A program made the position numbers and the translations under genes. This document shows positions 1 through 11,287 of a stretch of DNA of 35,496 nt, in pieces. Source of the DNA: Psammoneis japonica (taxonomy: Eukaryota); the NCBI GenBank assembly GCA_008632985.1, contig QPGO01000172.1, positions 124,001 through 159,496 on the forward strand, in the 5' to 3' direction. Positions within the stretch are counted from its first letter, which is position 1. Each line of letters opens with the position of its first letter. The notes under the pieces are model-generated. The model saw nothing but the letters and a program-made list of their open reading frames with translations, was not told the DNA's origin and made no database searches.

Positions 1-444
1 CATGGCGCCAATGCCAGCTGCAATGATTCCTCCACTTCTAGAATGGCATGCCAAGGAGCAAATTCAAAAGCACAATGTCTGCCAGCTTGCATCAACCAAA
101 CAAATGAGCTGCAGAGGGAGGCGGGGCAGCACCTGGTGTCTTTCACAATCGCGACATTCTGTGTTCGGCAATCAATTGAATCGACTGACTCGCTGCGTTG
201 GTGTTTGCGTCAATCTGCAAAGTTGGCAAACTCGAAGTGGAACACCAAATGAACTGTTGTCAAGAAAAGTTGACGCTGTGCTGGCAACCATTTCAAAATC
301 TTGTTGGAACATTGGACGTTGCAGTCCAGCTGACAAGTTGCAAACAAAAGCGCCACTCTGCTGGCACGGCACATGGGATTGGTTTTCCTTGTCCTTTGTG
401 AGATGCATTTGAGCACAAATGATGAACTGCGTCTAACTCCTGAG

Positions 445-1446
445 TCAGCTCATCAACAAACGCTCGTGCCAAACACTGAGTCAAAGGGAATGTCGCCCAT
501 CCCTTGTCACAGCACTGGATGACAATGGCTGCCCATCCAGCGTTTTTGTCATGTCAAAGCTTCCCAACTGCGGCAGGTGAAAATGACAAGTCCCAAGATC
601 CAACAAGTTGTCACAGCTGTGAAAGGTGCATGTGAGCTCCACATCAAATGTGCAATCTGCCGCATGTGTCGGCTTGGAGAGCTCCCTCTTGTGGCACTCC
701 AATGACTTGAAATGCTGTCAAAGCAAATTTGTGCTCTGTGGCATGTCAGCTTGTGGTGCGTGAGGTTCATTCCGGGGCAAGTCTGTGCTGAAGCTCTGTG
801 CTCCACTGGCAAGGAGCTCTGGCATGCGCAGCTCTTGCAAGATGAGATCTGCGACCACACCCTGTGACAGTCTGCAAACAAAGCTCTTGATGATGTTTCC
901 AATCAAAGGAGGTGGTGCCGGATTCAGAAGCTTTTGGAGCATGTCACCAAAGTGAACGCGTGACATTTTCAATGGCTCTTTGAACTGTCCTTGAACTGGC
1001 ACTTGCTTCTTCACCCTTGAGCGTTGCTCAGCATGCACATCGTGAGGTTGTGTTTCAAAGCCGAGCGAGAATGCTCTGCCCTTGAACAGTGGGGACTCAA
1101 ACTCTGTGCAGGGGCACCAACCGGGTGTGTTGCTTGCTGCAGTTTCCTGTTGTGATTGTGTCGTCGGACATCTGCATGAGTGACAGCTGATGAGGCCAGT
1201 CAGCAACATGATGCAGGAGCAACTTGAGAGCTTTTGCCAAGCATCTTTACATTCGCTTGCTGAGACACCACAGCATTCACCAAATGGCGCCATGTTCAAT
1301 GTCAGTGGAAGTGCCTTTTGGCACCTTTGGACCACCAACTCATGGGCAGAGAGTGGATCACTGCCATCAACCACTGGACACAATGACTCAGTGCCAGATG
1401 ATGTGGCACCCCACTCTGTGCAAAGAGCTGTTGTTCCCATTTCCAT
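445..1446 (-). pseudogene. DUF1769-like domain protein pseudogene
   Basis: ORFs 718..1446 and 481..702 share one frame, split by TGA at 720-718 and 483-481, and continue as *LSVWHERLLMS*. Motifs EFESPLFKGR, VQGQFKEP..SRV[H]FG, PAPPP, DL, T[C]TFHS[C]DNLLD..LDGQPL and WHERL occur in the order recalled for DUF1769 proteins. Confidence 0.72.
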
Positions 1447-1581
1447 TCATTCGTCCTCCAAGCCAGTCGTGGCTGGAGACGATGCAACTCGAGACACATC
1501 AAAACCACTCAACGATGCCACTCAAACCTGGATGACTTGAGACAATGCCTTTCAAGAGAAGAACCTGCAGAAGATGCAAAA

Positions 1582-1799
1582 TGAATGAATGAACATCAAA
1601 GCATGGGTCAGTGTGAGTTGCAAGTTGCAAAGTGCCGATGCAAGGCCAGACGAGTGCCGCCAATGTGTCTCGCCACAGATCACACAAAAAGCATGCCCCC
1701 AAGACAGGGGACACTTTTCTCATCTGTGACAAAGAGATGACAGCAAAACGGCGTGAAACAGAGGAGGTGCATTGAACGAATGAACATCAAAGCACGGGT
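1582..1799 (+). repeat. 27-nt direct repeat pair (1582-1608, 1773-1799)
   Basis: tgaaTGaatgaacatcaaagcaTGggt vs tgaaCGaatgaacatcaaagcaCGggt. Both differences are CG/TG. Confidence 0.9.
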
Positions 1800-2030
1800 T
1801 TGCCAAACTCATCGAAGACAACTGCGAAAAGACCCGTGTTTCGATTTCCACATGACGACAACTCTCTGTTTCTTGCCAAACCAAGGGCCTCACCTGACAA
1901 TTCGACCTCCCAAAAGCAATGTGCGCATCTTCAAAGAAGGAAAATGATCAAGAACAGCTCAAACAAGGCAGACAAATGCTGTTGTGTGGGCCGGCTGTGC
2001 GTCATCTCCAAAACAAAAAACAAAGCGCGA

Positions 2031-2235
2031 TTTTTTGTTCATTCATTTTTGTGTTTCGTTTGAATGTGCATCCAGTTTTTTTTTCGATTTTTTACATTCT
2101 TTCCATTTTTTGTGCATTCATTTTTGTTTGAATGTGCACCCAGTTTTTTCAATTTTTTGCAGTTTTTTGATTTTTTGTTCATTCATTTGTGTTTGATTCT
2201 GCTTCCATTTTTTCCGATTTTTCCAGCTTTTTTGT
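2031..2235 (+). repeat. T-rich degenerate tandem repeat, about 3 copies of ~65-75 nt
   Basis: ttttttgt(t/g)cattcattt..gtttga recurs three times, and gtttgaatgtgca(t/c)ccagtttttt recurs twice. Confidence 0.8.
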
Positions 2236-3655
2236 TTTGCTTCTCTGCAAAGGCTTGGTCTTGTTGAGCTTCAAGTCAAGATGCTGCGATGCTCACATGT
2301 TCGAATGTGTCTCATTGTTGATGCCGATCGGAAACAAGCACCACACATGGCGTGGTGTTTCAATTTTTGATTCGGCGATTGCGCTGAGCAATCGCATGGT
2401 GGCCTTGCATGACTCCTCATCAAAAGACCCGAGGTGAGTGTGCGAGTGTGGGAGAGATGAGGAATCAAACAGCAACAGTGCAGGAATTGTTTTTGTCAAG
2501 GGAATCTGTTTTCTTGTTCAGTGGAATAAAAACAGCATGAACTTGCAAACAAAAATGTGATTTTGGATGCGAGCAAGTCTTCTGTCAAACATTGGCCAGT
2601 CTCTTCAATGACTGTGCAGCTGCAAGCTGTCATGGGAGAGAAGTCTCTTCCATCACACATGTTGTCATTGCACTTGGCCGGTTGCCTGCTGAATCGATGT
2701 CGTTGGTTTGCACTCGAGACAATGCCGCGCTGCCGGCGTCGACCGCAATCTTCGCTCTTGGCTCCCCCCACACACTGCAAATTGCCAAACACTTGGCAAG
2801 AATGCGCGCAAAGCACCTTCGTTCACCTCTGAAGGGAAAATTTCCATTCGTTGAAATTTGGCAACAGATCCACACAGAAATTTGCAGCGCTGCATCTTGC
2901 TGCTTTCCGGCTCCCGCCTCCGACCTCCGACGAAGACACAGCGAATCATGAAGATGTGCCCAACAATGGCGGCACCCATTGTCATCAACTCTGCCAATTT
3001 TCATCTTCTCCCATGTTTCGTTCAGCTCCAAATGGCAATGAAAGAGAGCTTTGGTGCTTTGCATTGTTTCCACTGGCGGCTTCGCTCACATTCATTCTCC
3101 GTCTGTGCCACTTTGATGTCCCAGCTGGCATGATGCGCAGCTTTTGCTTTTGTTCAGGAGCACTGCGGCTCAAGTTGTCATTCATCAACTGATGCTGGTG
3201 AATTTGTTCAACTGTTGAACACCTGGTGTTGCTGTCTGCACATTTGAGGCAATGGGAGAGCAAGAAATGGCTTGTGCAAGAGCGCGCAACTCATCATGTT
3301 GCTTGGCAGATGTGCAGTGGAAAGCAGAGTTGGATGTGATCAATGAAGAGATTGAACTTGTGGTGCACAGGAGGGCAAACATCAGCTTCTCTCTGTTGGC
3401 TCACTTGCTTGCAACTAATTTTGGATTAGATCCCATGCCACTCCAAGTTGTTTGTTCAATGCTGCTCCAGATTCAATGCCACTCTCTGGGTTGTTTGTTC
3501 AGCACCACTCCAGATGAGATGCTGCTCTCCAGGTTCTTTGTTCAGCGCCACTCTGGGATGAATCTGAGGTCAAAAAATGCCCCAGCTGCATCAAGATTCT
3601 CATTTGCGCGTCCTTCGGCTTGGGAGAATGTGGCAATTGCCACTCCTGCAAAAAG

Positions 3656-3875
3656 GGCCTGTTCCAGCTCCAGGTGCTCTGCTTTTCATCACGCGAGAGG
3701 CCGACTTTCTGCGCAGTTTGGCACAATTGACTCCTTCAATTTTGATCGTTTCGAAAATCGAAAGGTGAATGTACACCCGAAAATGCATGTAAAGTGTGCA
3801 CTTGCCCTTCGATTTGGCAAAAAACCAAATGATGGGAATCGAACCCGCGCGGAGCACCTGGAGCTGGAACAGGCC
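3656..3875. mobile_element. Putative 220-bp MITE with perfect 24-bp terminal inverted repeats
   Basis: ggcctgttccagctccaggtgctc (3656-3679) and its exact reverse complement (3852-3875). AAAG flanks both sides (3652-3655, 3876-3879). Confidence 0.75.
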
Positions 3876-6800
3876 AAAGGAATGTCATGCAGTGGTTGCG
3901 ATGATTTTTGTTGTCATGCCAATGGCTGCCATGACATTCATTGCAGCACATGTGAAAGTTGTGGGAGCACCTGTTGCATGGAATGCCGCGAATCTAATCA
4001 GAGCGTTTGTTTGCATGTGAGCGGGGCCAAGCAAAATGATTGAGCCGCGTGTTCCAAGGTGTGACGCGCACTGCAGGCATGTCGCCACACAGGGAAACAT
4101 GGATGCACGCACACACAGGCCAAGGCTCAGCGACATCATTCCTGAACTGTGTTGGAGTGGGATCTTCACTTTTCTATGTGAGCACCCACTGGCAACCCCT
4201 GCGTGTGTTTCTGCGCGTGCTCTCGCACTGATGTCGCCCTTTTCAGACGGCGTTTCGCTGAGTCCCCTGTCAACCTTTTGGCCCCTTCTACCATTGGTGC
4301 ACCCTTTTATCTCCATGATGTGCAGTGATTTTCAGTGGAAAACGACTGGCGTCAACACTTTATGGTTCGCATGCTTGTTGTCTCATTTGGTGATTTTTTG
4401 CGGATTCGGTGCGATTTCTACACAGAATCCAGCACAAATTCTACGCGCTTCAGAAACATGTGCCGACAGTCATCACGTCTCCGATACGATCAACTTCCAT
4501 CCTCACCCGAAAGCCCCCAACAATTTCTTTTACTCCCACTGGCCACTCAAGTTCTTCACCTCATGTGGTGAAAGTGCTGTCCCTGTTGTGGCGCCTGCGA
4601 GTGTTTGCATGGACAAACCATCGGCATCATCTGACGACCGTCCATTTGCTGCGTGGATCGGCTTTTCTACGCAAGATTCAGTGTCAATTCTACGTGAGAA
4701 CAACATTTCTTCTGACGACCTTCTCGTCACATCACCAAGACTTCCTGTTTCATCCTTGCAAGTCACGAACATCCCCTTTTCCACTTGCTGGCCTGCCAAG
4801 ATCACTGTTCCGAGCAGTGAACTGCACATTGTTGTTCTGGTTCATGCAATTGTGAAATTCAATCAGTCTTTGTTGAAGACAAGATTCTCCCTCAGAGGCA
4901 AAGATTTTCTCTCAGAGCATGCGCTGACTTTGAATTCTCTGCTCAACTTGATTGTCCTTTGCTGTGGTGGTTTGGGTGCCTTGCATCCTCTCCGAAAGAA
5001 AGCAACAATCTCATTCTGGTGCAATTTTTCCTTGACCTTTTATCACTGGTGCGTGTCGCTGCAAAGCGGCGCATTGACCGACTGATCGCACGATGTTCTG
5101 CCGCACTCTCCTCGCAGGGTGTGCTGGAAGTGTGGGCCAGCCGGCACCAGTGTTGCTGGGCAAAGGTGCAACAGCACTTAAAATTGGGTTTTGGTTTTTT
5201 TGTGTTGGAGTGGGATCTTCAAACACTGTCTGGATTGTGGGGCACTCTCCCGAACGAGCCGTTTTGCACTTGGCTGTCTCATCTGCTGTGTTGAAGCCTT
5301 TTGCCCTGCCTGGTGTTTAGAAAGCCACAAAATCAATCTCAGCTTTTCATGTTTTCAGATTGTCTCAATGTTGAGGATTGGCGTCTTGGTGACAATGACA
5401 GCACGCTGTGAGTCTCATGCTCGACTCGACGTTGCCGCAGGATGCAGCCATTTTTGGAGCCCCACATGGCGGCACTCAACAGGTCTCTGATCCCACCTTC
5501 TGACACGCCAGAACTTCATTTGCATTGACTTGTTTCTCATTGCTGTTTCTTGGATGGCAGTTGGTGATGCTGGCTTCAGTGTTGGATTGGTGCAAGTGTC
5601 CACAGTTCTTGGGCTTGCCCCTGTTTGCAACTTTCTGGTGGCGGGCTTGGATTCATTCAAGATTTGAGCTTCACGAAAGACCATGGTTTTGGGGGCATTG
5701 TCCTTCATGGAATTGATTTGTTGGAGACTCAGTCACCTGGTGCAATGAAGGAGGAGAGACCACAGCAATCAAAAAGTGCACTGTTCAAGGTTGAAGCAGG
5801 ATGGCACAATGCCGCTTGCTTTTCAAATGAACAATCAGTCAGAATTCTTGGGCACACCAAAGCCGATCCAGACAACGACTTCATGGATCTGTGCCTCCAT
5901 TTTAATTCTGCTGAGATTTTCTTTTCGGAAAACAGGGAGAAGTTGCAGGAATCTCAGACCACAGACAATTGAGATTGAAGGGTCGTGTTGGAAGATGAGC
6001 ATGGGCCATTGAGATTGAGGGTCATCCAGGGCCAAGGTCACATTGGAAGGCAAGAAATGCAGCAGCGCATCACAGCTGGTGGCAACCCACTTTTTTCAAG
6101 TGTCTTTGCAGCTTTGCTGGGTGGGGCATTGTTGCAGGTCAATTTCAAAAATTGCTCCAGACTTGCAGATTGGCTGCAGCAGGGAGCTTGCAGTTTTGCT
6201 TCTCCTCCTTTGGACTCCTTGCTTCCCACAAACTCATGCATCCAATGAGCTCCAAATGACAGTCGCCAAACTTTTGATGGAGGATTTCTTCTTCCATGTC
6301 TGCACAACTGTCGTGTTGATTGTTCAAGCCACCACCATGTGTGAAAATGTCAAGACGGACTCAGCAAAGCAATTTGGAAGCAGGACAGTTGGCGGGCATC
6401 ACATTGGCATCAAAGACCACCCCATCAGGCTTTGACACTTTGCCAGCATTGTGGAGCACCGCACTCTTGCACACAGAGATTCTGGAATGCAGCACAACAA
6501 ATGTGAAAGAGTCCAATCAAATTGAACTCTCCCTGTGCTTGAGAGCACCGCCGGTGACTTGAGTTGTCTGAGGATGAGATGATTGGAGACGTTCTTGAGC
6601 AGCGCATTTTGTGGAGTTGGGGTTGAGATCCATCAAGACCAGCTCGCTCACCTTGTGTTTGGCATTGTGCAAGAAGCACCTGCTTGCGACACCAGCATCC
6701 AAGTGATGATTGCCCACGGACCTGTTGCACATTGCTTTTCTTTTTCCAGGGGGCATTTCCAGGCTTGCCAAATGGTGGTCTCCAAAACTGCCCAGTCTCA

Positions 6801-7869
6801 AAGGGGCAGCGTCAAAGCCCCATGGCATTTTGCACCGGCACTGTGGTTTTTGCTGCAGCAGATGATGGCATGATGCAAGTGTGAAGTGTTGCAATGAGCA
6901 CTCACAGCGCTGTCAGCTCATGTCTTTTCCTTTGACTTGATCACAATCTGGTCACTGTCAATTCTTTCGTTGTCATTGTCTCGGCTGGACTCGCAAAGCA
7001 TGAGTGAGTCAGTGGCGGCTGAGATTTGAGGGCAGAGACAGATCAAGAGGTTGCAAAAAAGAGAAGAGATGCAAGTTTTTGAAATTTTGGAGTCATTGTC
7101 CTCGTGGATCTGGATTGAAAACACCGGTTCTGACAAATGTTCTGTCCAAAATGCCGAACGAACAAGCAGGTCGTGGTTGTCATTGATGATGCTGACGACA
7201 ACAACGAAGAAGATGACACAGGTGAACAGTGAATGGCGACAATGCTCTTGCATGCAAGTGATTCTGTGGGGTGTGGTTCAACAGCAAGGGGGTTGTTGTG
7301 AGTGTTTTTTGTCGTCCTGCTGGTGGTGGAAATGATGGCTGCACTCGTTGTGGCTGGCGCAAGGGACTCTTGGGCTCTTGGGGGCAGCACTTTGTCTTTC
7401 TCAGTTGTTGTGTCTCATTTCAACAACCGGGTCATTCAGTTACAGTGACAAGGGAAATGGGCCGGGCGTTTCAGTCGAGGACACACATCAGCTCGACTGT
7501 TTTCTCATCACGCTGGGGGTTTGGTGGCCCATTTGTCGTGGCAACCAAGTCTTCGAGGTGGTGGGGTGCAGCTCCCAGTTGTAATTGGCTGTTCTAAAAA
7601 CACTCTCTAGTCCATGCTATTTTGTCACATTTCCATCTATTAAAGCTGTTCTCGTCATTGCAACGATGACATACATCTACCGGGCGGCAGCGTTTGGATC
7701 CGAGACTAACCACCTGTGCGAACACTGTCAGGGAGATAGAAGGGATTACTTCCACGTGGAGTCGCCTCGCAGTTTGTTGAACTTCAACCTGCTTCGCACC
7801 GTCAGTCGAAGATTTGTGTTCTGTTTTTTCATTTTGCGGAGTGATTTGCGCATTATCGACCCGTTCACC

Positions 7870-9119
7870 ATGATTATGATAAAGCTATCTACCGTTTTGG
7901 CTTTGCTAGTCACGGCGCCTTTGGCATGGGGCTTTGTCCCATCGTCGATATCATGGGTGTTCAGAGGAGGAGTCGCCTCGTGGTTGGTTCTTCGTCATTC
8001 AATCATGAAAAGAAAACTGGGTTGAAAATGTCGCTTTCCTCTGGAGATCGAATCATGTTGGTTGGGCCATCCTTTTTGCAATTGAACATTGCCAAGGCTG
8101 CCAAAGTGGCTGGACTAAGGCCTATGATTATTGCCGACAAGAAGAAGCTGGAGATGTTTTCGAACTACGTAAAGGATGATGAAATTATGAACGATGCAAC
8201 TTATGGTCTGCCTGAGGTTGACGAACCTGGATTTGGTGAAATCTCCGGTGTTGTATTCTGTGCCGAAGAAGCAGTCTTTGGTCCCAGTGTGGTAAAGTCC
8301 GTTTTGGATTATACGGACAAGGGCAAAAGTATCTTTAAGGATGGAACACCCAAGCGAGTTGTCGTGTGCGCTCCGGTGTCTGGACGCGAGGGCAAGGAAA
8401 AGAGTATGGGCTGGATGCCACTAATGGGGATGAAAGAGAAAGAGGAGGAAAAGATATGGAGTGACTTTGTCGAAGCATTTCAAAAGCACCCACTCTCGAA
8501 ACCACCGGTTGGTTCGTTGCTACGTTTTGGGTTCCTCTTGGGAGGCAGTGTCGACGGACCTGAGATTCTGCAAGAAGTCGGTCTCGACGAGCGTATTTAC
8601 AAGGTGAGTGACCAAAGAATCACAACCATCAGATAAACGTATGCTGTATGACGATTGCTTTACATGCTCATACGAATGGTTGGATCGTCTTTGGCACAGA
8701 TGTCTTTGGAGCAGTACAGAGATCTCCGGGAACGTGCCTTTGATCGCTTTAGGCTTGGCGCACAAGTTTTGGAAGGAAACAGCATCAACCCACAACCGCC
8801 AAACCAGCAGAAGATGGAAAAGGAGGGCATCGCCAATGACGAAGGGCGTGAGTGTTTCAAAATTGTGAATGGGTATCCCGAGGTAGACCGGGCCAATCGC
8901 CACACAGTTGCACAAGCGGTAGTCCAGTCACTCCTTAGACCTGCCGGGGACGGAGGGGTGCCTGCTGAAATGACGATATTATCCAAAAGTATTCAGAAAT
9001 TTCCAACCAAAGAGGAGTGGGATGAAATGTTTGCCAACCCTGGGCCTGCACGTTGGCCAGATCCATACGAATTCGATATGTCAATGTACGAAGATTCCTA
9101 CCAAATGGAACAGCAATAG
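7870..9119 (+). CDS. Putative plastid-targeted hypothetical protein (2 exons; apparent 1-nt frameshift near 7945-7955)
   Basis: Signal peptide MIMIKLSTVLALLVTAPLAWG-FVP from ATG 7870 lies in a different frame from the transit-like and mature region (ORF 7926..8636). Intron 8604-8699 (gtgagt...cacag) joins RIYK to MSLEQYRDLR in frame; stop at 9119. Confidence 0.78.
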
Positions 9120-9505
9120 AGTTTGCTTTAGTGGCTAGTTCAGTCTTTTCGTTACCCTTCTTATAGGCGACGCTTTCCCGTAATAAGTGAAGGAATAGAC
9201 CGGCATTGAAGCCACGTGCCAACGAGGGGGGTGCTATCTAAACACGTAGCAAGTGCCGCATCGGAACGGTTGGTGTTGCAACATTTTTCTGAAACTTGAA
9301 AACCGATACCGGTACTTTGGCTGCAGGAACAACAGCGTTACAAATCTAGTCTGTCCAAGGGGGTGGACAACACGACGTTCCTCCTTCGTCGATTGAAAAT
9401 CACGCTTCGTCGAGCAATCATGCAAGACACCAGTAACTGGTTCCAACTACGTTCACTCGAATATGAATGCTACTACCTTTGCGTCTGGCAACCCATGTGC
9501 CCAAC

Positions 9506-10076
9506 CAGGATTCTCACGAAAAGTATGCCCGCCCGCAGCATCAACTCCTCGTGTTTACAACAACAGAACTACCAGCAATTCTCATCGAGCCAACCGCCAG
9601 CGCCCATTACGGATGCAACACGTGCTCCTCCACGAGCCAATTTTGCCAGAAACAGCTACGGATACGATGGGAACAAGGAAGATCATCACCAGCCCCAAGA
9701 CATGCAATCGACTGACAGTACGCGCCCAAACATGAACTCCTTTGACAATGTCGGCTTTGATCCAAACAGTGTCCATGGTGAAGAAGAGGACGAATACCTG
9801 AATCATCACAATGATTCGCAAAGCACGGCTCCCTACTATCACGGGAATTACAATGCCGCCTCTACTAACAGTAGTGTAACAAAAGCGTACGGCCGTGCTT
9901 CAGACAAGCATCGCCAGCAAAAGCCGCATCCTTCTGAAACGTCGTATTCTCGCAAGAATGTCCCGTCTCGAGAACAAGATAATGCGAGAGGCGCAGACAA
10001 GAATCCATTGTGTACGAATCAATTGCTCCAACTCTTCACGTCGGCGACACAGAATGCATCCCTGAAAAATCCCTGA
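9506..10076 (+). CDS. Possible low-complexity (Q/N/S-rich) hypothetical protein
   Basis: Long hydrophilic ORF (9363..10076) in normal-composition DNA; start uncertain and no recognisable domain. Confidence 0.35.
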
Positions 10077-10453
10077 ATGAAAAAGATCTCTACTAGAGAG
10101 GGATAGAGTATAGAGACAATCCTGTACAGTAGCTGCACGCGCCTGGATGACAATGACAACGACGGCACTCCCAAGAAGGATTTTGGTTCGCACCGCGGTG
10201 CGGTGGTGTGCGGTGCGCGTTTTTGTTTCGCGCGACGGTGTTGAGTGTTGGAGGGAGAAATCCAAAATCAAAATTTTATCATCATCCTCGTTCATGAACA
10301 TTATATATATTCCAGCACAGCGCGACGGACAGAGGGCAGACAGAGGGCAGAGCCATATCTATCTTGCATCTTGCATCTGTATCTTTTTTCAAGTGCTGAT
10401 TGCTGATGTGAACGCAAAGTGTTGCACCACAAAGAAAAAAGAAGATAACGATC

Positions 10454-11287
10454 ATGTCAATGAAAATGGTTGCCAAAGTCGTTTTCATTGTAGCACTGCT
10501 TCACGTTCCGTCCATGACGCATGGCTTTCTTCCTCCGACAAGTGTAGGACCAGCCATGCATCCATTTGGTGTAGCTCACGCCCCCAAATCGCCCACGGAG
10601 TTAAAAATCAGCTTTACTTCTATTAAGAACTCCGTCAAGAAGCTTTTCAAACGAAGCAAAGAAAAGGTAGAGGAACTTGACGACAAGATCTCTTCTTTGG
10701 AGGCGGAGCTGTTTCAAAAAGCCGACAAGGCGCTCTTTGACTTGGAAGAGTATTTGATCGACTCGATGAAGAGAAAGAGCGAAGAAATTACAAATGATGT
10801 GGCCGTCGAGATTGTCAAGGTGCTAAACGGCGATTGGGATGTGGCTATTGCCACGGATAGGAACGAGACATCCAAAATGATGGAGGGTGCCATTGACAGC
10901 ATGTCGCAAGATTTAGCTGATCTTGGACTCGCCAACAATACGGCCGACACCAAGGACGCCTTGAGAGAGTCTCGACTTTCCTGGACAACGTCATGGGATG
11001 CCACGACTTATCCGTTAAAAGTGGAAAATAACATTTACGTTGGAACCAGCAAAGCGATTACCTTTTTCGGTCAGTTTCAGTTTGATATCTTGGAACATAA
11101 GGCTGTGTTTTCGTTGGACGAGCTGGTTGTTTTTGGGGTGAAGGTAGACTTGGAAAGTGTAATTGAAGAAGCCAATGCGGATGAGGAGACCAAAGAAGAA
11201 AAAGAAGAAGAAAAAGCCGAAACTGTTGCGGTTGTGGAGGAGTTTGTGAATGCGACGGCAGAAAAAGTCGATGAAGACACCGAATAA
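10454..11287 (+). CDS. Hypothetical protein with signal peptide/plastid-type presequence, coiled coil and acidic tail
   Basis: 277-aa ORF with hydrophobic N-terminus ending THG-FLPP, a heptad-like KEKVEELDDKISSLEAELF segment and an E/K-rich C-terminus. Confidence 0.85.
   Translation: MSMKMVAKVVFIVALLHVPSMTHGFLPPTSVGPAMHPFGVAHAPKSPTELKISFTSIKNSVKKLFKRSKEKVEELDDKISSLEAELFQKADKALFDLEEYLIDSMKRKSEEITNDVAVEIVKVLNGDWDVAIATDRNETSKMMEGAIDSMSQDLADLGLANNTADTKDALRESRLSWTTSWDATTYPLKVENNIYVGTSKAITFFGQFQFDILEHKAVFSLDELVVFGVKVDLESVIEEANADEETKEEKEEEKAETVAVVEEFVNATAEKVDEDTE

Larger units (their letters stand above)
1..7580. other. TpA-depleted (TG/CA-rich) degenerate domain A, open at the left window edge
   Basis: Read by eye: no TA in 436-1247, 1250-2092 or 5905-7440. 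ORFs here are nearly Tyr-free, Cys/His-rich and almost all end in TGA. Normal TA density resumes at about 7580-7620. Confidence 0.93.

Noticed and set aside
1..7580. Classical fungal RIP
   Set aside because: RIP enriches TpA and depletes CpA/TpG; the pattern here is the opposite.
1..7580. Alternative genetic code or recoded foreign genes as the cause of TA absence
   Set aside because: Depletion covers all codon positions and non-coding repeats, and the reading frames are broken.
2..7597. Dense overlapping ORFs in all six frames (e.g. 3252..4043, 4036..5085)
   Set aside because: Loss of TA removes TAA/TAG stops and inflates ORF length. The translations are Tyr-poor, Cys/His-rich and have no recognisable domains apart from the DUF1769-like relic.
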